Assembly: GCA_951406725.2 (NCBI GenBank)
Contig: OX597818.1
Location: forward strand, 145,638,001 to 145,702,000
From: Octopus vulgaris
Taxonomy: Eukaryota
Direction of reading: 5' to 3'
Length of the DNA: 64,000 nucleotides
In this document: in pieces, positions 53,326 through 64,000 of the stretch
Layout of the letters: each line of letters begins with the position of its first letter
How positions within the stretch are numbered: the first letter of the stretch is position 1
Notes under the pieces: model-generated
Database searches by the model: none
Seen by the model: only the letters and a program-made list of their open reading frames with translations
What the model was told of the DNA's origin: nothing
Program-made: the position numbers and the translations under genes

Positions 53326-54044
53326 CATGCACACGAACAGAGACACACACATAAACACATGAGGTAAGCTTATTCATAGTGTCTCTATGCAGTTAATAGA
53401 ACGACCTACATTCAGTTTTCTTCAAAGAATATATTTCACTTCGCAGCTATTTTTTTCGCTACCTATTTTTATCTGAATTTTATCTATTATACATTCAACT
53501 CAAAGCTAAACGCATTTCAAATATAGTATCAATGATTGTCCCTCACTCACTCACTCTCTTTCTCTCTCACTCTCTTTGTGTGTGTCTCTCTCTCTCTTTT
53601 TCTCTCCCTTTCCTCTCTCGCACTTTCTCTGTGTACACTCGCACAGTGCATACATACAATTTTGATTACACACACACGCGCGCGTACACATTCATATACA
53701 TACATTCATACATACATACATATACATATATGTATAGAATGAGGGACAGTGGAGATACGAAATATCACGGGGATGTCTCAGATGTTAATATATATGAATA
53801 TATTAAGTTACAAGATAGACTTCGTTGGACATAGTCTGCTAGCATAGAAGTCACTCCTTGCAGAGTGCGCCTGGTGACATAACCAAATCATTCGTATTCT
53901 TGCTTATGCATTAAAACATTAATGCAACATTGCCAATAGAATAAGAATGAACAAGAGTTGTATCTAACCGTTTTCCACGGTAAGAGCAAGACAGAGCAAG
54001 GCGGCGATATGGATTAGAGACATGCACCCGAGTTCTTAAATTAT

Positions 54045-54258
54045 ATTGGTTTCTAAATTTGGCACTAGGTCAGTAATTTGTGGTGAGGAGACAAGTCGAT
54101 TATATTGGTCCCTGTTTTCAACTGATAGTTATTTTATCAACTCCAGAAAAGACGAAAGGCAAATCGACCTCGGCGGAGCTAAGAACATAAGGACGGACAA
54201 AATGTCACTAAGCATTTTAACCGGTGTGGTAACAATTCTGCCAGGTCGCCGCCTTACG
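54045..54258 (-). mobile_element. SINE, main family
   Basis: GAAAGGCAAATCGACCTCGGCGG core, CCAAATTTAGAAACC tail. Confidence 0.75.
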
Positions 54259-54269
54259 TTCTTAAGTCA

Positions 54270-54470
54270 TATTCTTTTCTACTCTAGGCACAGGGCCAGA
54301 GTAAGAGGAGGCCCGTCGGTTAGATCCATCCCAGTACGCAACAGGTACTTAATTTATCGACCCCGAATGGATGAAAGGCAAAGTCGACCTCGGCGGAATT
54401 TAAACTCAGAACGTAGCGGCAGACGAAATCCCGCGAAGCATTTCGCCCGGCGTGCTAACGTTTCTGCAAC
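54270..54470 (-). mobile_element. SINE, main family
   Basis: GATGAAAGGCAAAGTCGACCTCGGCGGAATTTAAACTCAGAACG core, GTGCCTAGAGTAGAAAAGAAT tail. Confidence 0.85.
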
Positions 54471-55189
54471 AAAGAACCAACACTCTGACATTATAACATC
54501 AAAACATAATCTTCGTTTAACGAAAATATACTGACTTTTTACTCATAATATAAAGTGTGCAATTAGAGGGAAGAGGGTAAAATAAGACTTAGGAAACATG
54601 TAAAGTACATGATGGTAATCCAATAGAAGTGCACTGTGTGTATAGTGGAATGGCATAGGCTTTACCTAAATCTGTGACCTCCTGCCTAGCTAGTATTGGA
54701 TTTAGAAGGATAGCAGATTAGTGATAGATGGTTTGGAGTGGGTAGCAAAACATGCTGCATTATCGATATGGCAAAGGCATGAGAGAGAAAGACAAAGGTG
54801 TGAGTAAATTACAAATCATTGCTGAGGTGTAAAACAAAGTAGATGCAGCAAGTTTATAGTGGTTGCAGCTGCATGTGGTTTGTAGTGGTTGTTTAGAAAA
54901 CAGTGAGAAAAAGCGTGCCATGGTGTACAGGTCCAAAAGAAGTCGACCATTCACTGACAACATCAATGAAACTCAGCATCGCTGTGGGGAGCGATAGCAT
55001 CAAAAACTACCATAATAGCTGTCATCTTCAGTCGATTGCTTATGAAGAGAGTGTCTGTAGTAAAAATAGTATGCAATATCTGTCTAGACCTATAATGCTT
55101 GCGCGCGGGCGCATAACTAAGAATGAATGTATTTTGTAACATTAAATGTAGGAACCTACAGTCAGGTAAATGAAGTTTCTAGAGTTTAT

Positions 55190-55640
55190 CGTTCGACTGA
55201 GAAATGTTTGACAGGGCAGCACTCTACTCTAAGGAAGCCTTAACCAGGAATAGTTTTAATGAGTTAGTGTATAAGATGGTGTATAAGGAAAAATGTAAAC
55301 CACACAGACGAGAATTAGGAAATGGAAACTAATCCGGTTTAAACCCATACTCCCCTAATTAACACATCACTTGAAACTTTCTAATCTTTCAAGGACACTC
55401 ACACCGCTTTCTTGCAACATACACAAATGCCACAAACTCTTCAACTCACATAGTGTAAAGTTTAGTTATACTTGCCTAGACAAACGGCTTCCAGCGTTAC
55501 ATACTACAACCAAACGTCAACATCTGCACAGTCCCTGCCCCAGAAACCCATTTATAATAGCTGAGATCAAACCCATTTTCCGCTGAAGAGATATTATCTT
55601 ATCAAACCCGTAGTTTACAAATGTTAGTATACACAACATT
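55190..55640 (+). mobile_element. Decayed Penelope-like element coding fragment (RT-to-GIY-YIG linker)
   Basis: HKCHKLFNSHSVKFSYTCL resembles the PLE 'H.LHKIFNRNTVKLSYSCM' motif. It is followed by FPLKRYYLIKPVVYKC, resembling 'CPL.G.CL...IVY' at the GIY-YIG start. Confidence 0.65.
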
Positions 55641-56081
55641 TGCACATTTTATAGTCCAGGGACACGATAGATTCCACTCCTGTGGCCCATTTTATTTTGA
55701 AATATAGAAACCAAAGACATGACTGCTGCACTACGGCGTGGAACAATGTCGATGTAGTACATTCATATTTTAATGGATTACGTAACTGCTGAATCCATCG
55801 CTTTGAGAGGCTGCATACCGTGAAGCAGCCTGCAGTGTTTCCCGAGAAGAATTCTGAGGCGATGTCCAATTATTACTAGACTCCTACAATCCCCTTGGGT
55901 CAGTTACAACTGTGTAATCAGGAAGATAGTGTAATGGAGAAATGTATAGGGGACATTGTGTGTTGCAGTGGCATGTGTCATGAAAGAGGAGAAAAGGGAG
56001 AACGCAAGACAAAAGACAGGGATTTGTTATATTTATTGGAAGCTTCAAATAAATGCAATATACACATATACACTCACAAAC

Positions 56082-56112
<31 letters not shown>

Positions 56113-56459
56113 AATATTATATATATATATATATATATAATGTAAGTTTGTTGGGTGGTGGTGTTTTTATGCAGAAAACTTTTGAGGGTGTGAGATATGC
56201 TGCATACACACTCACACACATACATTTATAATACAAACGCGTACACACAATGTACAGTTTATCAACACTATTATTACCCATTTCCATATAAGTATAAGCC
56301 TGTGCTTTTACTTTTGTGTAAAGGTGCTTTCTTTATAACTTACAACTGCATACAATCAAGCAAATAAATTAGAGATCTTTATAACGTGTATACTAACATT
56401 TATGCATATTTTTGCACACATATATGTACACATCCCCCCACACACGCACGCACACAGAC

Positions 56460-56790
56460 ACACACATACATACTTACATATGTACATATACACATACATA
56501 CACACACACATACATACATACATACATACATACATACATACATACATACATACATACATACATACATGCATGCATACATACATACACACATACATACATA
56601 CATACATACATACATACATACATACATACATACACACATACATACATACATACATACATACATACATGCATGCATGCATACATACATACATACATACATA
56701 CATACATACATACATACATACATACATACATACATACATACATACATACATACATACATACATACATACATGCATACATACATACATACA
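56460..56790. repeat. (CATA)n microsatellite
   Basis: Visible directly. Confidence 0.95.
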
Positions 56791-57789
56791 TATGCTTATA
56801 TATAAGTCTACAGTCAGGGTCAGCTATGAAATTAAGCTTATGAGGTATTTTTTTAGCTTACCCTAAATGCATACTTATTAACCCACCCAATTTATAAACC
56901 CATATCACAAGCCATATATAGTAGCATCTTTTATGCTACTTTGTTGCAAATTTCTTTAAGAAAACCATTATTTTTCCAAACCATCACCATTATTATAAGA
57001 GGCAATAGCTGACGATGCTTGTATGTAGTCACCCTGCTTGCTAAAGATAACAGCCATATATCTCTCAACGCCTGCTCTATCATCTTAAAATAAGGTAGTG
57101 GGTGCACTTTACATAATTTAGTTTCGGAGTATGCCATGTCTGAAGAAAAGACGGGATGGCCGTGAATGGAATGCCATTTATGGTAAATGTGCTCTACCAG
57201 GACTGACCATAACAGTAACAAAAACTATAGTCTACACTTTCATTATTGTCTTCATCATCATATTCCTCATGTTTATCAGTAACAACCACATAAACCATTC
57301 TTAACATCAGCAGTAAAAATAGCATCCTCACCTTATACCATAATAGGCAATTTTCTGATGCACAAACTTTAAACCAAAGCAACTATGGAAACACCGGGAG
57401 TTTTCATTTGAAAATCCTTCTGCATTATTAACATACAGAGAGGCCCATTAGAGGTCACTTGACCTGCAGGAAATAGCAGCCAAATCTCCCAAAGGGCATA
57501 ATCTACGGTCGTAAAAATAGAAGATCACTTTGCATTCGTCCAAAACCAAAAACAAAAGCAAGTTTGGCTAGAGCTGCTGCACAAAGGGGTTGGGGGTTAC
57601 CTCAGGTTAAATAACAATAAGTAATATTAATAAATGCACCACAACTAGGGAGGGGATAGGTATTTCTTAGAACAGGTATAGAGGGGTGAGAGAGGAAAGC
57701 CCAACGTTATGTGTGTGTGTGTGTGTAATATGGGTATGTTCATGTGTATATAATATGCATACATATACATATATGTCTATCTATCTATC

Positions 57790-57898
<109 letters not shown>

Positions 57899-58578
57899 CT
57901 ATGTATGTATGTGTGTGTGTGTGTGCGCACGAATGTATGCGTGTTTGTCGATATATATATATATATATATTTATATAATATTCCACTTTGATTCTATGCA
58001 CATAACGATGCTGTCCTAAATGCATTCATTATATACACCTAAAATATATTTCTGCGACGTTGCATCTTTGAATATATAGATTATGCGGATACATAACTAT
58101 GTTCAGTACATACATACACAGATGCATGCACGCGGTGGCAAATACCCAGAACTCCCCGTAGACACTTTATTTATGTCGAGTTACCACGTCATTCATTTTA
58201 CGAAGAGAATATTCTATTATTTCAGCAAATTTGATCGAGATTCCTTTTGCCTGCACCATATATGGAAGTATTTCCCAGTGAGTTTTCCAATACGAAGTAA
58301 CCAATCAGAGCGCGGGAGCTACCTAGCTAACTGGGGAAATCCAAAGCTTCAGAAAAACACACAATTCGATCGATACGAAAACACATGTACTATCGTGTGT
58401 TATTTAGTGAATCGGTTTCCTCCACCCCACCCCAGCTTTACACACTCACATACACACTACGTGTCTCCTCAAAAGAATGTTTTTTTTTATTGTTGATGTT
58501 GTATTGTTGTTATTCTTATTACTACTACTATTCCTACTACGATGAGTATGTGTATATATATATATATATGTGTGTGTG

Positions 58579-58618
<40 letters not shown>

Positions 58619-58924
58619 TATATATATATAAATACATATATAAATATAAATACAAGCACACACACACGTATGCATGTATGTATGTATGTATGTATGCATG
58701 TATGTATGTATGTATGTATGTATGTATGTATGTATGTATGTATGTATGCATGTGTATATATTGCAGGTTTCTATGTCTATGCGTCTCTGTTAGAAATATA
58801 ACGAAATAGTTAGTTAGTGACTCTGGTATTGGTTCTTTTGCAGAAATAAAAGTTAAAACATTTCGGAAAATTTACTGTGTGTTATGTCAGTGCGTGTGTC
58901 TTATATACGAATGAATACATTGCA

Positions 58925-59315
58925 GCGTCTCTCTAGCTGGCGTCCTTTTGTGTGTTTTGAATTCAAATTCTATTGGTATCATCTTCGTTTTCAATAAGTG
59001 TCAGTCAAACACTGGAGTCGATTTACTCGAGTAATATCCACCCCAACTCCGCAAATTCCCACCTTGTATCTTTTATAAGAAATCTTTATTTAGGACGGAG
59101 GTTGGCAGAGTCTTGAGAGTCAAACAAAAATTTCTTGCGATATTTAATTACGACACCCTATGTCACGAGTTCAAATCCCGCTGAGGTCAACTTTGACTTA
59201 CATCTTTTCGGAACGATGAAATAAAGAACCAGTCAAATAATGAGGTCAGTGGACTCGGCGAACCCTTTTCCCCTATAAAATGCTCAGCTTTTGCCTAAAT
59301 TAGAAACAAAAATTA
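58925..59315 (+). mobile_element. Two tandem diverged SINEs, main family
   Basis: GAGTTCAAATCCCGCTGAGGTCAACTTTG core; ends in (ATC/ATT)n. Confidence 0.6.
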
Positions 59316-59327
59316 TTATCATCATCA

Positions 59328-59399
<72 letters not shown>

Positions 59400-59761
59400 G
59401 TATGTACTTCGGATTTCTCTGTCAGTTCCACGTAGATTCATACCATTCTGTCCTTCGATTGCTTTGTGGAGCACCAGCCGAAACAATAATCGCACATGTT
59501 GACATTGATTGCATGCAGTGTGCTGTATTTTTATGAGAAAAGATTGCTGTTCTAATCCTTCTTCTTTTGAATAAATTACTCATTTACTAAACAGAGAATT
59601 GTTCTCAGTGCAGTAATTTCTCAATTGGCAGTGCTCGCAGACCACTGAATTCTATCACATTGCAGTATCTACATACAGGCTAAGTGGAATCACCTGTAAA
59701 GTATCTTGGTAACATATTCACATTGCCATCTTCCTACCCTGTTCACTCGGTCATCTGTTAA

Positions 59762-59799
<38 letters not shown>

Positions 59800-61329
59800 T
59801 ACACACACACGCACACACACTCCCTCTCCCCCACTCTCTATTTATCTCTCTCTCGTTCTTTCATGATAAATGATTTTTCATATCTTGTAAGTAGGTAGCA
59901 AGGAACTCTAGGGAGAACAGAACAGCAGAAGATACTTGATGAAAACACGTTCATGCAAGTATTTCGACCATTTACTCATTCACATCTGCAATAGGGGAAA
60001 AATCCCTTTTGCTGTTCAACTCTTCCTAGATTTCCAGACATCTGGTAAACGGCAGAGTTTATTTATTCTATAATGCAAGAATATTAGAAGATTTTTAGCT
60101 GAAAGGAGTCAAATGTCTCAACTAAATATTGTTTTGCATGTTGAAGAAAATGGCGCTTATGCCTGTGCGACTGTCTCGCATATTTTAACTGATGTCCTTA
60201 GTTCCACGCAAGAGAACTAGCTGGATCAAAACCAAATATTCATTCCGAATACATTATACTTAACTTCTAATGAATGGTACCTTTATTTCACTGCCATATT
60301 GGAATCCTATATATGTCCAAATTTTCCGACCAATCACCAAGTTTTTGGAAATCGGACATGAATCTAACTTGCATCAACGCCGCCAAATTTCCACAATTTC
60401 TAACTCTTGTGAGGTCTAAACACCTATATATACTGCTTTCCACACTCAAACTAGTAAGCGAAAACGGGTTGAAATGTTACAGTTTCCGCATATACGGCAA
60501 ACTGAAGTCGTTGACATTGTTGATCAACTCTGATCGAGCAGATCAATAATAGAATGAGTTCTTGCCGTGATCATTCCATGTATCATATATAGGTCTACTT
60601 TACCCACTGTATCCATTATTAACTTAAAATGATTCAGTAACATCTAAGAGAGATTTGCTACTATTTTTAGCGGGTGGAGAGACCTTGTTGAGACTCTCTT
60701 GTTGTTTCGTCTGCTGGAGCAATTGTGAAACTCGTATGTTAGAAGCAAAAAGAAACATACCCTTCTTTGCTATGAAAGACAACACTCCTTTTCCATTTTC
60801 TACAAAAACTGAGGAACTGGTTTGAGAGGAAAATTAACTTACTTTCTCCGTATTTCTTTCGTGCTCCTTCTGTAACAATTCAGAAACTTAAGCAAATTAA
60901 ACATAATTATTTACTTGACATTTTAAAAGATAGAACAACAAATGAATTATAAAATATGTCAGTTGATTGTTATTAATTTGCTACCAATTTCAAAATACGA
61001 TTAAGAAGCATGACATTTCTTACTTGATGGTTTGATACTCATGCACCAACACCCACACACATACACGTGAGTGTGTGAGTGTGCATGTATGTATGTATGC
61101 ATGTACGTATATATATACATACATACATACATACATACCTAGACACATGCATACATACATACATACATACATACATACATACATACATACATACATACAT
61201 ACATGCATGCATACATACATACATACATACATACAGACATACATACAGACATACATAAATACATGCATGCATACATACATATATATATATACATATACAC
61301 ACACATACATATACATTCATACATTCATA

Positions 61330-62110
61330 CATTATTATTTAAAATTGTTTGAATTTCTCTTATGCAGATGAAGATGGTTCCTAATAATGAAAGAAAGTCC
61401 TAATGCTGGTATTTGAATAATAAAAATGATAAGCGTCACATAGCGAACTGTAGAAAAGTTTATTCATATTTTTACTGTTTCGCCTACAGAGTATAAGTAC
61501 ACAGTGCTTGTATCAAGTTACTCTCTTTGTCTGAAAGTCCTTGCTCTTTTGAGAGTGACACTTAGAGTTTGGCATTTACATAGCTGAGTGCACCAATATT
61601 TTCAGTACAAATGTGAATTTATGATATTGGTAGAAAAGCTGTAAGGTTCGAAGCAGTTCGTAAATATTCTCTCTCATATTTTAAAGAAATGTTCACACCT
61701 GTAAATCAACTGTCCTCTATAACTGAACATATTTTCTTTTCTGTTCTGCATTGCTATATCAGGCCTAATAAGGTAAAAATCTAGCAGAAGTTTTGATAAG
61801 AATGTTCCACCTTTATTCAGTATCTTGGTACATACGTGTTCAATAACAATGGTATTCTTTACATTTTCCATGGAGCAGTCTTGCATTGTATGTTGTTTTA
61901 GCAATAACATCATGGAAATACTTTGGTAACATTTTGGAACAACTACTGTTCGCATTTGTAATATTTTCCACACAAAACTGACATAAATGACCATTTCGAT
62001 TACATCTCAGAAGTTTAAGGACTCCATTGACTACTTTGTTCATTAGGTATTTTGTAGTCATTTCCTAATTTTCGATTACAAACGAATAACAATTGAGACG
62101 TGAAGAGACA
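61330..62110 (-). mobile_element. Decayed RLE retrotransposon related to 1372-1932
   Basis: LCQFCVENITNANSSCSKM...HDVIAKT, WNILIKTS, IRPDI, RENIYELLRTLQLFYQYHKFTFV, GETVKI. Many stops. Confidence 0.7.
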
Positions 62111-63139
62111 AATCTGTTACGAGTGCAACAGAAGCTACAGTTCATGTTGAATTAGTACCATACATAAGTTTATGAAAGACATACACGTAGAACATTTTGG
62201 GGATTTCTTTTTTCGAATTTTGTTGAGGTACGCTATCCTAGCAGTGCATGTTTGTATGGATGGATGAATGGTTGCATGATGTACCAATATCCTAGCGCCT
62301 CCGTTAGCCAAGATTAACCATGCATCTGCACATGAATGCATCTGTGCATGCAAGGCTCTCCTCTCCACACTAGAGGTGCTTATCGAAGGGAAAGGTCACT
62401 GACTTAAGCCATTACAATTTTCCTACAGTCTCATGGCAGATATTTCTGTCAGAATGCAAGAACCATAGCTGTTTCCGCAAGGAATCATACCCAGCATTCT
62501 AATAGCTCTATCAATCGCCCTCTCACAGTTGATAACTTATTATCGATCCCGAAAGGATGAAAGTAAATTTGACCGTAATGGGATTTCAATCTAAAGTCCT
62601 GAACGTTGGAATACCCACGAGAGATTCTATCCAATGCTCAAACTACTCTGACAGTTCATTTTCTATATGTGCGCGTATGTGTGTGTATGTATTTACATGT
62701 TTATGTGTGTGTAAGAATATATACATAAAAGTGCATTCAGCATAAGCTGTGGAGGCCAAATATTTGTATTTGCATTTTGTGACTTAAATTGGCTTTAGTG
62801 AAAGATTCACAGGCGTGAAAGCACGTCTGATTTTGCAGAGGCTTTCAATCTAAGGCTTAAATCGATAGCATTTGAATGAAAATAAATGATTTTACATCTA
62901 TGGAACTTTGAATAATGCAGATTTAAGTTACAAACTATATCCATCGTTATGAATCCACATTATTGTTATGCAGAGTTTATAAGTTCATAGCTATTACTGA
63001 CAGTTTCACACACGTAAATTACACGAATGATTGACGAAACAACCTCCTTAATACAAGCGGATGATGTATTTGCAATGAGGGTATAACAACACAAATTTGC
63101 ATGATGTGTGTGTATGTTTGAGAGAGAGAGAGATAGATA

Positions 63140-63600
63140 GAGAGAGTGAGTGAGTGAGTGAGTGAGTGAGTGAGTGAGTGAGTGAGTGAGTGAGTGAGTG
63201 AGTGAGTGAGTGAATGAGTGAGTGAATGAGTGAGTGAGTGAGTGAGTGAGTGAGCGAGCGAGTGAGCGAGTGAGTGAGTGAGTGAGTGAGTGAGTGAGTG
63301 AGTGAGTGAGCGAGCGAGTGAGCGAGTGAGTGAGTGAGTGAGTGAGTGAGTGAGTGAGTGAGTGAGTGAGTGAGTGAGTGAGTGAGTGAGTGAATGAGTG
63401 AGTGAGTGATTGAGTGAGTGAGTGAGTGAGTGAGTGAATGAGTGAGTGAGTGAGTGAGTGAGTGAGTGAGTGAGTGAGTGAGCGAGTGAGTGAGCGAGTG
63501 AGTGAGTGAGTGAGTGAGTGAGTGAGTGAGTGGGTGATTGAGAGGGTGAATGAGTGGGTGAAAGAGTGAGTGGGTGAATGAGTGGGTGAGTGAGTAGGTG
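63140..63600. repeat. (GAGT)n microsatellite
   Basis: About 460 bp array. Confidence 0.95.
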
Positions 63601-64000
63601 AGTGTGTTGTGTGTGTTGCTCATTGGCAGGGTCATGGATCATGAGAGCCTAAGACACATTGTTATGTGGTGATTGTTTAGGCTATGTGCGTCTGCGTAGC
63701 CAACATTGCCTTTTATCCTTTCAGGACCAATAAATAAAGCACTGACCCTGTACTGGGTTAAATTTCACTCATACTGTATCTATTTCTTTCTGTCTGACTC
63801 TTTCTCGCCATCTAAAAGGGATTGACTGTGATTAGATACGGAGAGGAGTGAGCCTCACCGGGTCTAGATATGCCCAAGACGCAGTATGTTACGATGGCAT
63901 CTTTGTGACTTCAAAGAGTAAAAGGCTCCTGGCATCACACACACACACACACACACACACAAATACACATACATTCAGTGGGGAAAGCTCTGTTTTGTGC

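Noticed and set aside
54540-55180. Faint RT-like words on the minus strand (CHIDNA)
   Set aside because: Too decayed to support a call.

Overview
This is AT-rich, microsatellite-saturated animal DNA. The repeat repertoire looks cephalopod (Octopus-like), which is an inference. I can support no host protein-coding gene; almost every ORF in the track is a microsatellite translation. The window is a transposon mosaic. It holds at least 5 R4/Dong-like RLE non-LTR retrotransposon copies, mostly sitting in (TAA)n arrays, one of them with a 717-aa open RT-CCHC-RLE frame. A second RLE family is associated with (ATAC)n arrays. There are also Tx1/L1, RTE, CR1 and Penelope relics, many tRNA-derived SINEs, mariner/Tc1 MITEs and a non-autonomous Helitron. 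The most notable unannotated signal is three type I hammerhead ribozyme motifs (13.9 kb, 23.7 kb, 24.5 kb). Each has a palindromic minimal stem III and an unusually long stem II, and each lies in a short non-coding element ending in (TA)n. Two belong to one family, lie as an inverted pair and show compensatory base changes. Coordinates were read by eye, so boundaries of decayed elements are approximate.
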